A stretch of DNA of 64,000 nucleotides from a virus, in the IMG/VR virus record IMGVR_UViG_3300026382_000012, positions 21,767 through 85,766 of that record. One strand, given 5' to 3'. The notes beneath the pieces were generated by a model. The model was not told the DNA's origin, did not search any database, and saw nothing but the letters and a program-made list of their open reading frames with translations. This document shows positions 48,865 to 59,086 of the stretch, one piece after another (position 1 is the stretch's first letter; every line of letters begins with the position of its first letter). Both the position numbers and the translations under genes were made by a program.

Positions 48865-51800
48865 CTAGTTATACTGATCGAAAATATTCTTATATATATA
48901 TTCTTCAAATGCAAATAAGGAATTATCAAACAATTTATTAATAAATAGTATTGTTTTAGTATCTATAATTTCCTTGATCTGTGCTATATTAGCTGTTTGT
49001 GGTGGAACTTGTGTATTAACTTCTGTTGTAGTTGTTTCTTTAGTAGTTTGTTCTTTAGTTGTCGATGTAGGCTCTTCTGTTTTTGTAAGATTTGCAATTG
49101 TATTATATACGTCTTTTTTGACAGATTCAGCATGTTGTTTTAAAGTGTTATAGAAATTAGTTGATTCTATTTTGCGCGCGACAGATTGAGCCTTACTTAA
49201 TATCTTTTTAACATATTTCTGTGTTTCTCTAGGTAGATGAGCAAATGCTAATGAGAAATTACCGTGATATTTCTCGTATAATCTTTTTACATTACCTTCA
49301 CCCCAGTTATATGCAGCAAGTGCCCATTGTATGCTGCCGCCAAATTTTTCTCTTAGATAATTCATATATGCTTTATAAGCCGCTTTTTGAGCTTTAACAT
49401 CAAATATATCAGGAATGCCTTCAAAATTCTTCAATTCAGGATTATACTTGGCAAATTTATCTTTATTAGTCCAAATATATTCCCACGTCTTAGGCATAAA
49501 TTGAGCTATTCCTTTAGCACCTTTTGGAGATACTGCATATGGATTTAAACTTGATTCTGCTTCTAATTGAGCTTGCGCAAGAATATCTGAGCCTGTAATA
49601 ATATCTGCTGCTTTTTGTTCTGGTTTATCGCCGAATATTTTAGATCTAAACCAATTGAATATTGATTTAGCTGTTTCTTTAGCTTTATGATAACCACTTT
49701 TAAGATGTTTAGCAACAGTATGAACTATTGATGTATCAGCTTTGTTCTGTTTTACACCTGCTATCTCTAATTGTATATCAGCAAGTCTTTCTGATCCCGT
49801 GGTGATTTTCGATGAACCTTCAGTTCCTATACCTAATCTATCTAATATTTCACCGACGCCGGGAATCTTTTTCAATAACCAAATAGCACCTTTAAATAAC
49901 TTACTTATACCAGATTTGATTGTTTTAAATAGTTTAATTGGTAATGAGAATATATATTCGAATGGTTTTAATATGAAATTAATTATCTTATCAAAATTAA
50001 AATCTTCAAATTTCTTCTCAAACCATTCTAATGCTGCCTTAGCTTTATCTTTAATATATTTAGGTGTTAAAGTCACAAAATCCCATATTTTATTAAGTAA
50101 AAATTTACCTATTTCTGCGCCGATTATGGAACCAAAAAATTCACCTATAGGGCCACCTACTAATCCTAATGCACCACCAATAGCACCACCTAATCCTGCG
50201 CCGATTACATCAATAGTACTACCACCTGTTAACCCTTCGGCTAATACAGCACCTATTCCAAATGGTAAAGCTCTCAATCCTATCTTAGCAGCGCCTTTTG
50301 TAAATAATTTACCTAATAACTTACCTATAAAACTACTTCCTAATTTACCTGATATATTAGAAGTAAAATTTTTAATAGATGCAGGTATTACTTTTTCAGT
50401 AAAGAAAATAAATAAAGGTTTAATTAACTTTTCCGAAATAATCGCCGATACTTTACCTAAGAATTTCTTACCATATAAATATCCAACACCAAATGCACCA
50501 GATAAGATATCAAAAATACTACTACCGTCTTCTTGTTTTTTCTGTTGTTCTTTGCTATATGATAAGCCCTTCTTTAGTAATTGATAAATACCGCCTATAT
50601 ATTCTAGTAATGATTTCTTATATCGTTTTTCTTCTACTTTTTCATATTGTTGTGAGACTTCTTTTTGTCTTTGTAATAACGATTCTGATTTAGCTTTGAC
50701 ATTAGTAATTATTTCTTTAATGTATTTTTTACCTAATTCTCTTAGATGATCATGAGATAATACAAATTCGCCCGGTCTTAATATTGATACGATTTTATCT
50801 TTACCTGTATCTATACCAGGAACTTCGCCACCCTTTGCAAATTTAGGTATATGCTTAATCTCTTTGATTGTATTTTTAATGAGATTAAATATATCTGTAG
50901 TATTAACTTTACTAATTTCTTCTAATAAACGTTCTGTTGGTTTATTATATGAATATGATAATAATGTGTGTTTTATCTGTCGGTTTCTATTCTTTATATA
51001 TTGTTCGAAATCGACTTTTTTCTTTTCAAGTTTTTCTAATATAGGTGATACTGCGCGTTTAACAGGCGAAATTATAAACTGTTCAATATAATCTGGATGT
51101 TTCTTCTGATCATATTTAACACTTATTTTTATTGGTTCTTCTTCTATGGATTCTTTTTGTCTTAATCTTTCTGTTATTGCGCGTCGTTTAATTGCTAAAT
51201 ACTTATCAATGGCATTAATAACTTTCTCTTTTTCATCTCTGATATTTTTAGGCAGAATTGTTAAAAAGGATTTATATATATCTCTTAAAATGAGATATAT
51301 ACCTTGTAGTGTTGAATCCATAGACTCAAGATAATCAATTTGTCTTTTATCTAACTCTAATTGCTGCTCATTTATACTTAATTGAATTTCTTCAATTTGT
51401 TTCTGCTTCGAAAATCTTTGTTTTACTTTCTCTTTTAAATCTATATAAGTTTCTTTTTTGAATAACTTAGGTATAGATGATATTACTTTTACTGAATTAT
51501 ATAATGCATTAAATACTGGAGCTTCCGTGAATGTTTCTTTAAAAGTAGTTTTAATATCTTTAAATATTTCTCTTGCTTCCTCTCTTTGACCCCTTAAATA
51601 CTTATAAATGCCTTTATATACGTTAAAGTTATATTTTACAATACCTTTTACAGTATCGCCTATAATATTAATAAATGATTTTTGGAATGGTTCATTAAGT
51701 TCTACATTAATAGATTCTTTGATACCAAATCCATATTTCCTAATAGCCATTAATTCTGAAAGCTGAGATCTATTTAAATCATATATACCTGATAATAGAG

Positions 51801-53496
51801 CAATTACTTTAGATTCGTATGATTTAGCCTGAGAAATAAGATATAGTGCATTAGTACCTAATAATGATGCTGTTGTGTAAGAAATACCTAATTCTTTAGA
51901 TATTTTTTGTCTTTCTTCATTTCTTGTTTTTTCGCGCTCGAGAATTTCTTTAATGAATTCTCGAGGATTCTTACCAGTTGCTATGTAGTTAATTAATTGT
52001 GTGAATGGATCGTATTTAACTCTTAATTTCTCTAAGAATTTCTGCGGCTTTTCAAACCAGTAAATATCTTCAGGTTCAACTTGTTTGCCATAGATTATAT
52101 CTCTACCTTCTTCTGAGCCAGTACGTTTTATTTCAGAAGATTGATGTAATAAGTTATATAGTAAAGGAATAATAGATGTATGTTGTTCTATAAGCATTAA
52201 TGTCTGTAATTGTAATACAGAAATAGGAACAACTCTATTATCTCTAGAAATTAATTGCATTAATAATGGCTGAAGTTGATATGATGCAGAAGTTTGTTGT
52301 TCTAATTCATAAGCATTTACATTCTTCGGACGATATTTTCTCATTGCAAAAGATCTAGCAAGTGCCGTTATCATACCAGTTGCAGCAAATACAGTAGCAA
52401 CTGGTACGGCTGGGTGAGTTATAATACTCGACAATAAATTACCTACTAACGGAAGATTATGTATACCGCCCAGATTCATTAAAGTTTTTGCTATTTCAGG
52501 ACTTATCGCACCGGATTTTACTGCTTCTTGTATTGCTGTTTGTGTAGTATATTTCTTAGCTAGTTCTATTAAACCAGTATTTGTTGTGCCGTAAGCTATA
52601 TAATTAGCTAACGAATTTAATCCTGTTATATTACCTAATACAGGGAAAAGTGTCTTAAATGGATTTAGATATTTACCAGCAAGAGCACCTGCATGTATTA
52701 ATGCATTGGGTATCCCAGTTGCATTAATAATATTCGAAGCAATAGATAATCCTTGTAACGGTAATAATGTTGGGGCTGATGCTAATTTTAATGCCAATGG
52801 TAAATGCGAGATACCAGAGACTGCAAAGGAAGAAGCTAAACCTAAACCTTTACCAAGCAATCCAGCAGTCATTAAAGATATCATAGGAATATAGAATAAT
52901 TTAGTAAAATCGTTAAGTATTCTATAACTCTGATACGCGTGTTCTGTTAATGGTAATGTATTACCATATGTCAATCTAGCTTTATTTCTTTCATAAATAC
53001 TTTTTAATACATCTGGAGATTTTTGTAACATATAATGAGTTAATACTAATCCTGTGAGGATATCAGGAGTTAATCCTGGCATAAAATGATGCAATGCGCC
53101 ATATACAAAAGACTTATTCATATAGCCATATTTAGCTGGATATAATAATCCTTGTGACCATAACATACCAACTGGTAGTGAAAGTCCAGGATGTATTTTA
53201 GATACCGCCATAGAAGGGTCTATACCTAATTTAAGTGTTTTGTATATCTTGTTATATTTTTCATAATGTTGATAATCTAATCTGCCCGTATCATAATTAC
53301 TTTCATAGGTTTGTTTTAATGTTTGACTGGTTTGAATATTTTGTTCTGCTTTTTGTACTTTAAGCTTCTCAATTTTCTGAAGTACTTCTAATAAATCTTT
53401 AGTATTATTTGCATATTGAGATTGGCTGGGATTATATTGTGGTTCCTGAATATAAACATTTGATTGTTGTCTATTTACAACAGCAGTATTAGCCAT
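48865..53496 (-). CDS. Tape measure protein with C-terminal lytic transglycosylase (SLT) domain
   Basis: 1543 aa; G/A-rich hydrophobic stretches, FAKGGEVPG..LRPGEFV, AESS.NP.AVSPKGAKGIAQFMP.T, ALAAYNWGEGNV, ETQKYV. Confidence 0.88.
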   Translation of the reverse strand: MANTAVVNRQQSNVYIQEPQYNPSQSQYANNTKDLLEVLQKIEKLKVQKAEQNIQTSQTLKQTYESNYDTGRLDYQHYEKYNKIYKTLKLGIDPSMAVSKIHPGLSLPVGMLWSQGLLYPAKYGYMNKSFVYGALHHFMPGLTPDILTGLVLTHYMLQKSPDVLKSIYERNKARLTYGNTLPLTEHAYQSYRILNDFTKLFYIPMISLMTAGLLGKGLGLASSFAVSGISHLPLALKLASAPTLLPLQGLSIASNIINATGIPNALIHAGALAGKYLNPFKTLFPVLGNITGLNSLANYIAYGTTNTGLIELAKKYTTQTAIQEAVKSGAISPEIAKTLMNLGGIHNLPLVGNLLSSIITHPAVPVATVFAATGMITALARSFAMRKYRPKNVNAYELEQQTSASYQLQPLLMQLISRDNRVVPISVLQLQTLMLIEQHTSIIPLLYNLLHQSSEIKRTGSEEGRDIIYGKQVEPEDIYWFEKPQKFLEKLRVKYDPFTQLINYIATGKNPREFIKEILEREKTRNEERQKISKELGISYTTASLLGTNALYLISQAKSYESKVIALLSGIYDLNRSQLSELMAIRKYGFGIKESINVELNEPFQKSFINIIGDTVKGIVKYNFNVYKGIYKYLRGQREEAREIFKDIKTTFKETFTEAPVFNALYNSVKVISSIPKLFKKETYIDLKEKVKQRFSKQKQIEEIQLSINEQQLELDKRQIDYLESMDSTLQGIYLILRDIYKSFLTILPKNIRDEKEKVINAIDKYLAIKRRAITERLRQKESIEEEPIKISVKYDQKKHPDYIEQFIISPVKRAVSPILEKLEKKKVDFEQYIKNRNRQIKHTLLSYSYNKPTERLLEEISKVNTTDIFNLIKNTIKEIKHIPKFAKGGEVPGIDTGKDKIVSILRPGEFVLSHDHLRELGKKYIKEIITNVKAKSESLLQRQKEVSQQYEKVEEKRYKKSLLEYIGGIYQLLKKGLSYSKEQQKKQEDGSSIFDILSGAFGVGYLYGKKFLGKVSAIISEKLIKPLFIFFTEKVIPASIKNFTSNISGKLGSSFIGKLLGKLFTKGAAKIGLRALPFGIGAVLAEGLTGGSTIDVIGAGLGGAIGGALGLVGGPIGEFFGSIIGAEIGKFLLNKIWDFVTLTPKYIKDKAKAALEWFEKKFEDFNFDKIINFILKPFEYIFSLPIKLFKTIKSGISKLFKGAIWLLKKIPGVGEILDRLGIGTEGSSKITTGSERLADIQLEIAGVKQNKADTSIVHTVAKHLKSGYHKAKETAKSIFNWFRSKIFGDKPEQKAADIITGSDILAQAQLEAESSLNPYAVSPKGAKGIAQFMPKTWEYIWTNKDKFAKYNPELKNFEGIPDIFDVKAQKAAYKAYMNYLREKFGGSIQWALAAYNWGEGNVKRLYEKYHGNFSLAFAHLPRETQKYVKKILSKAQSVARKIESTNFYNTLKQHAESVKKDVYNTIANLTKTEEPTSTTKEQTTKETTTTEVNTQVPPQTANIAQIKEIIDTKTILFINKLFDNSLFAFEEYIYKNIFDQYN

Positions 53497-53528
53497 GACA
53501 AAATACCTATCTATTTACTTTACTTTTA

Positions 53529-55295
53529 CTAAGTTAAAATAAATTCAAAACTAGATAAAAAATTATTTTCGTCATCATAATCCTTATCTACAATTAAATC
53601 ATTGATATCATTTGTATCTTTACGTTTTATCTTATCCTTTCTTGGATCGACTAATTGTATGTTTGATATTAATGATTTATATATTTTTCTTTGTTTTTCT
53701 TTTTGTTCTTGATCTATTATAATTTCACCTGATTTTATTAGTTCTTTTAATCCGAATGCAGCGAATGATGCTGCCATAAATAAGTCATCATGATAACCTT
53801 TCGCAGCTTGAATTTTTTGACCTTTTCTTTCTATAACATGTAATTCTGAGATTAAATCTTGTGATTTAATTCTTTTTGGGTTATTAATAATATATTCATA
53901 TAAACAGTCTATGATCAGCTCTTTATTTTTACCTGTTGTTGTAATACCATAATCTATACTACCTGATTTTTTGATTTGATAGTATAAATAAGATGAAAAA
54001 TCAAATTTTGTTTCATTGATTAATGCTTCAACTACTTGATTACCATATGAGTTATTTTCTATGAATAGTTTGAAGTTTGTTATTTTATAATCATTTATCA
54101 AGATTTGTGTGATTTGTTTTATAACATCAATAAATCTTTCTACCATTCCAAATCTATATTTTAATTCTGCTATTTGGTTGAAATTTTGATCAAAAATTTC
54201 TATTGCGGAATAGTCGCCTGCTATTGATTTAGCAGTATCTATACCAATTACATAGTAATCATTTTCATTAAATTCTTTAAATACTTTTAAACTCGCGCCG
54301 TATGATAATTGTATATAATCAATTGGTTTTTGGGGTTGTAATTCAGATAAAACTTCATCAGGAAATAATGACTCTTCAGAACCTAAAAACATCAAATCCA
54401 ATTCTTGATTTACTCTTCTTCTACCTTTAGCAGAAGTATAATATCCTAATTCTCTTTTCTGTTCTTCATACCATTTATCATCATATTGCGGGAATTCAGA
54501 CCAATGTATTCTAATTCTAATAAATGTATTTCTATACGGATTGTTCTGCAAAATTGTATTATATAATTCTTCAGGATCATCAGTTAACCAATCTTCATTA
54601 TCTAAATCATATAATTCTTCAATTGGTGTAGCGTATGAATATTGCTCATAGAAGAATCTGCCTTTACCTTCTTTACCATTAGGGGTTGAAATTAGAAATA
54701 TTCCGTATGGATAATTATGTTTTATTGCTTGTTCGCGGGCGGATCTTAATGCAGGTTGCGCAGCTGCCCATATCTCTTCAGCACCTTTAACAAATGCTGT
54801 TTCATCCCAAATAAGCAATGGAATATTCAAACCTCTACCAATAGTATTAGGATCAACATTAGAAGCCGGAACCATAATTGATATTTTAGAACCATTCTGG
54901 AATTCAATATATTCTAATTTCTCTCCTTTCCACTTTAAAGGGACTCTTAAAAAATCAGGCAATTGTTTATACATTGATTTTATAGTATTTAAGTTTTCTT
55001 TAGCTGATTCTTTTTTATAGTTAATTATAACAGTTTTATAGTTAGGATAAAATAAATTTGCCCATAATGCATATGCTAAAGCAAAAGTTGTTTTAAACGC
55101 ACGCCTCGAACCTAAAATAACTACATTATGAAATCTATATACTGTTTTTACTATCGCCCTATGTTTAGGTAATGTATTATCAAAAGTTAATTGAACATAT
55201 CCACCTACTACTGGCACCTTAACATAATTGAATATAAAATATAGTGGATTTAACTTACATTTCATCCATTCTTTTGCTAAATCCTGACTAGACAT
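53529..55295 (-). CDS. Terminase large subunit (T4 gp17-like)
   Basis: KCKLNPLYF, SRRAFKT Walker A variant, LIWDETAF, ISTPNG, GIDTA..DYS, IENN, HDDL. Confidence 0.95.
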   Translation of the reverse strand: MSSQDLAKEWMKCKLNPLYFIFNYVKVPVVGGYVQLTFDNTLPKHRAIVKTVYRFHNVVILGSRRAFKTTFALAYALWANLFYPNYKTVIINYKKESAKENLNTIKSMYKQLPDFLRVPLKWKGEKLEYIEFQNGSKISIMVPASNVDPNTIGRGLNIPLLIWDETAFVKGAEEIWAAAQPALRSAREQAIKHNYPYGIFLISTPNGKEGKGRFFYEQYSYATPIEELYDLDNEDWLTDDPEELYNTILQNNPYRNTFIRIRIHWSEFPQYDDKWYEEQKRELGYYTSAKGRRRVNQELDLMFLGSEESLFPDEVLSELQPQKPIDYIQLSYGASLKVFKEFNENDYYVIGIDTAKSIAGDYSAIEIFDQNFNQIAELKYRFGMVERFIDVIKQITQILINDYKITNFKLFIENNSYGNQVVEALINETKFDFSSYLYYQIKKSGSIDYGITTTGKNKELIIDCLYEYIINNPKRIKSQDLISELHVIERKGQKIQAAKGYHDDLFMAASFAAFGLKELIKSGEIIIDQEQKEKQRKIYKSLISNIQLVDPRKDKIKRKDTNDINDLIVDKDYDDENNFLSSFEFILT

Positions 55296-55338
55296 AATTA
55301 AAAATTATTCCTCCTTTTCAACTTTTGAATTTACATAG

Positions 55339-55350
55339 TATAGATATTAT
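55339..55350 (+). promoter_or_regulatory. Candidate phage promoter TATAGATATTAT
   Basis: Exact copy upstream of an isolated + strand mini-gene. Confidence 0.55.
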
Positions 55351-55398
55351 TTAATTGAAACTGAAATACCTTTATATATATAAAAAAGGAGTACTAAA

Positions 55399-55560
55399 AT
55401 GTATGTAACACTAATACTCTTAATGGCTATGATAATTATAGCAATTTACGAGTCATACAAGACAACCAGCGAATTAGAAAAAGAATTAGATACACTAGAA
55501 AAAGAGTTAGACGAAATAGAGTACGAAATAGAATACCAGATAAAGGAAATAGAAAAGTAA
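55399..55560 (+). CDS. 53 aa membrane-anchored acidic coiled-coil mini-protein (not in ORF track)
   Basis: AAGGAG RBS; MYVTLILLMAMIIIAIYESYKTTSELEKELDTLEKELDEIEYEIEYQIKEIEK*. Confidence 0.8.
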   Translation: MYVTLILLMAMIIIAIYESYKTTSELEKELDTLEKELDEIEYEIEYQIKEIEK

Positions 55561-55586
55561 TAGATGGCCGGATCCGGCCATCTATT
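55559..55586. terminator. Perfect 28 bp palindrome, terminator between convergent genes
   Basis: AATAGATGGCCGGA|TCCGGCCATCTATT followed by a T-tract. Confidence 0.8.
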
Positions 55587-55604
55587 TTTATTTTTGGTTA
55601 TGGT

Positions 55605-58154
55605 CTACTCAATAACATACACAATATCAATATTGTTTACATCCCACCAGAATAATACAGGATTAAATTTAGCAACATCTAATTTGTCTGTATAACTGGA
55701 TAATATTTTATCAAAATCATTCACAATAATATTATATTCGGGCGATAATACTTTAACATATTTAACATACTTATAGTTATGCACAAAATCCTCAATTTTT
55801 GATGTGTAAAATTCTATTTTTGTTGTTGTATAATTATCTGTTAAATACTTAGCTAAATCTAATTTTATTTGCTCAATATAATCATTAATAGAAATATTTG
55901 ATTGTGATAGTTGCTGTTTGTCAAAAACAACATAAAGCTTTAATTGTAGAGGTAAATTAATATAATCTGTAGGTATATCTTCTTTGAGATATTTTTGTGT
56001 CGGATATAATTCTAGCGTGTTATAAAATCTAAATGAATGTTGCACAGATGGTAGTCTATTTTCTGATAATTCTGTATTTACTAAAAGAGATTTTATTTTT
56101 GATTGTATGTATAATGGATCTACATTATATTCATCTTCGGAAATCATAGGTATTTGTATTATATAAGTATCGCCCGATGTTGAATCGATAAACTTCTTCA
56201 ATCTTAATAAATCCGCTAGGTTAAAAATAAACGTATGAGACTCTTTCTTATATTCAGCTATCTTGACATCACTAAGATAAACATTTATATCTATTGTTAT
56301 ACCGTTAAGTAATATATTAAAAATATCATCGGTAATTGAAATTGCATAAGTATATTTATTTGTGTCATTAAGTATTACATTATAAATGTTTAATTCGGGT
56401 ATAGTTAGCTGAAAATTATATGCAGATAGATCTGTGTTATCGTATGGTATTATACTAAAGTTAACATTATTGAAGTCATCATCGAAAGTAATTTTAAATA
56501 TAATATTCGGCACGATATTATTTTGATCTGCATAAATAATATCCATATAAATATCTTCTGTTAATATCAGATATCCATCATACGTATTTAATAAATCATT
56601 TTTCTTATATAGAAATGGAGATATTAAATTAACTCTTTCGTAGTCTAAATACTGTATTGGTGTATTCTTAGGTAGATTATCAATCTTTTTATCTAAAGTT
56701 ATAGTGTTATCATCAGAATTAATGTCAGTTACTGTATATACATTTGTTATATCGTTATTGAATACAATTTCTTGATTTTTATGAAACTTAGTTATATCAT
56801 TTACGGGGACTATGTTTGTATTTGATATAGTTTGTGTAGTATATACCTCTTCAGGAAATGGATAAGGAATTTTGTTCTGTTTTTGATAAGTATATCTAAA
56901 TTTGTATATATATTTAGAGTTGGAAGGATTAAATTCAGATTCTTTTAATGTTATTGAAATTGTCTTATATGGTTGATAATATGGGTTATATAACGCGCCA
57001 TAAATATAAATGTCGTTATCAACGAAATTAATTTTTTTGAATAAAAACTCGTAATTAAATAATGAAGAAAACAGTATCTTATAATCGTCAAACTTAACTA
57101 AATTATTTCTAGTTCTAATATACTTGAGGATATTTGATCTTAATTCTTCGGGCGTCTCAATATCACGCCCATCAGTAATTGGATTTAATACTTGTCCTTT
57201 TACAGCATCTTTACCAATAGTATAAGTATTATAAGTATTATCAATTCTTTTCTCTATAACGGTAATTTGATCTAATAATACTAATTCGCCGTTATAGAAA
57301 TTTGCATTAGAGCCTTTTGTTATCTTATACTTAATCTGAATTTCAGAATTTTGTGGTATATATCGCCCGATAATACCATTACCAAATTCAAGAACATATG
57401 ATTTTTCAGAAGTTTGAGAAATAAATACTACATTATCAGTATCAGAATAACCAAATTTAGTAAATGAAATATCAAATTTAGTAAACTCATCAGTATCGGG
57501 TGTTTTAACATAAATATCTATATCAGCAAGATAACCATCATCTATATTTAATTCGTATCTATAATATACACCATAATCATAGTATGGCATTGTAAATTCT
57601 ATTTGGTTGAAAATATATTGTTTAAGATATAGTAAATCTAATTCTATATATTCAATATCAGCATTAATAGGATCCGTTTTAATGACAATAGGTACTTTTT
57701 TAATACCCTCTTTTGAGTTATATACTGCATAATTATTATGTAATGATCTATGTATTGTTAATTCAGCATCTAAAGTCCATATAAGATTATTTATATTAAA
57801 TGTTGTTCCTTTCGGTATAGTAATAGTTCTAGAAACTATATTTGAATTGTCTATTTTTGGTAAATATATTTGAATGTTACCTTTATACGTCGCAGGATTT
57901 GCAAATAAAGGTTGATATCCAAATAACGCCGCGTGTAGGAGTAATGAAGAATATTCTTGGGCAGTTAAAGGAAGAAGTTCTTTATATAAGTAATTATAGT
58001 AGTATTCAGAGTCTTTTTTTATGTAACCTAATATATAAAGTAAATATCCAATAACACCTGTTTTTGAAATTTTAATATTATTTAATTCAAATTGTTCCTT
58101 TGCTATATTATAGTATTCATTAAGTAACTCATCAATTGTATAAGTTTTTAACAT
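55605..58154 (-). CDS. Baseplate wedge protein (T4 gp6-like)
   Basis: LHAALFGYQP, LEFGNGIIGRYI, YKITKGSNAN, GRDIETPEELR, LVKFDDY. Confidence 0.88.
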   Translation of the reverse strand: MLKTYTIDELLNEYYNIAKEQFELNNIKISKTGVIGYLLYILGYIKKDSEYYYNYLYKELLPLTAQEYSSLLLHAALFGYQPLFANPATYKGNIQIYLPKIDNSNIVSRTITIPKGTTFNINNLIWTLDAELTIHRSLHNNYAVYNSKEGIKKVPIVIKTDPINADIEYIELDLLYLKQYIFNQIEFTMPYYDYGVYYRYELNIDDGYLADIDIYVKTPDTDEFTKFDISFTKFGYSDTDNVVFISQTSEKSYVLEFGNGIIGRYIPQNSEIQIKYKITKGSNANFYNGELVLLDQITVIEKRIDNTYNTYTIGKDAVKGQVLNPITDGRDIETPEELRSNILKYIRTRNNLVKFDDYKILFSSLFNYEFLFKKINFVDNDIYIYGALYNPYYQPYKTISITLKESEFNPSNSKYIYKFRYTYQKQNKIPYPFPEEVYTTQTISNTNIVPVNDITKFHKNQEIVFNNDITNVYTVTDINSDDNTITLDKKIDNLPKNTPIQYLDYERVNLISPFLYKKNDLLNTYDGYLILTEDIYMDIIYADQNNIVPNIIFKITFDDDFNNVNFSIIPYDNTDLSAYNFQLTIPELNIYNVILNDTNKYTYAISITDDIFNILLNGITIDINVYLSDVKIAEYKKESHTFIFNLADLLRLKKFIDSTSGDTYIIQIPMISEDEYNVDPLYIQSKIKSLLVNTELSENRLPSVQHSFRFYNTLELYPTQKYLKEDIPTDYINLPLQLKLYVVFDKQQLSQSNISINDYIEQIKLDLAKYLTDNYTTTKIEFYTSKIEDFVHNYKYVKYVKVLSPEYNIIVNDFDKILSSYTDKLDVAKFNPVLFWWDVNNIDIVYVIE

Positions 58155-58186
58155 TGCTTCTTCCTATTTTCTTTTTGTAAAAATAA

Positions 58187-59086
58187 TTAAATATTCTTTA
58201 AGAAGTTATATAACTTCTCTTTGAAATCTCTTAGAAATATATTATTACCTGGATTTTCTATCGAAACGCCGCTTGCTTCTAATTCCGGATATGTAAATTC
58301 CTTGTAAAACGCACAAGTATAAGGTATATTAACTATTGTTAATTCGTTAGATGCTCTGTTTCCAATTATATCATTTGGTGTTAGATTAGTCGGAAATATA
58401 CCTGTGGCTCTTGCAAAATAAGTCAATTTAAAATCTGGTGAGAATTTTAAAATATAAGCACATGTAGCATAATCTATATTACCATCTGCTATATAGTCAG
58501 GACAATTAGGTATACCTAATTGAGATTTATTAACGGAAGCAGTTCTAGATATGTAATTTCCAGGTTTAATTATACCTTTAGATACTTCATTAATATATTC
58601 TACCCAAAGAGAATGTAATGAATATACATGCAAATACTTTGTATCAATATATTGTACTGTTAGATCATTAGTTATTTCAACTTCTTCGGCAGTTGGTATG
58701 CCGCCGGTTCTTAAATTATATTCGCCTACTTTTACTTGTATTGTTGGTAAAGTAACTTGCGTTGCAAGAAACGGTATTGCAGTATTGAGATAAGTAAAAA
58801 ATGCCTTTAAATTGTCAGGTGTACCTATAAAACCTTCAAAATCCGGAGATGATAAATGTGGTGGTGTTAAGAAAAATAATACATAACCATTTATATCAGG
58901 ATTATAGTCATCTAAGTTATAATAAAATGATTTAAATATATCAATTATATTTGGGTCTATTTTTTTTAAATACTCTTGTGACTTATCTAACCTATAATCA
59001 TATAACCATTTCATAAATGATTTTGCTGTTGTTATATCCTCTAATAGTAACATGACTACTATACTCAATATTTCTTTAGAACGCAA
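58187..59086 (-). CDS. Tail tube-like protein (gp54-like baseplate tube initiator); start uncertain
   Basis: Resembles the tube gene: PDINGY vs PKIKGY, LHSLWVEYI vs IHSKWINML, GIFP vs GIVP. Confidence 0.65.
   Translation of the reverse strand: MRSKEILSIVVMLLLEDITTAKSFMKWLYDYRLDKSQEYLKKIDPNIIDIFKSFYYNLDDYNPDINGYVLFFLTPPHLSSPDFEGFIGTPDNLKAFFTYLNTAIPFLATQVTLPTIQVKVGEYNLRTGGIPTAEEVEITNDLTVQYIDTKYLHVYSLHSLWVEYINEVSKGIIKPGNYISRTASVNKSQLGIPNCPDYIADGNIDYATCAYILKFSPDFKLTYFARATGIFPTNLTPNDIIGNRASNELTIVNIPYTCAFYKEFTYPELEASGVSIENPGNNIFLRDFKEKLYNFLKNI

Noticed and set aside
49742-50584. 280 aa + strand ORF antisense to the tape measure gene
   Set aside because: Shadow of the Gly/Ala/Ile-rich minus-strand frame; no RBS, Pro/Asn-rich mirror composition
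485-58054. Many 60-140 aa ORFs in the track that are antisense to or nested in longer genes (e.g. 485, 2369, 2475, 8461, 37687, 38733, 47526)
   Set aside because: Fully overlap well-supported genes and lack RBSs; their hydrophobic look is the usual antisense effect in AT-rich DNA
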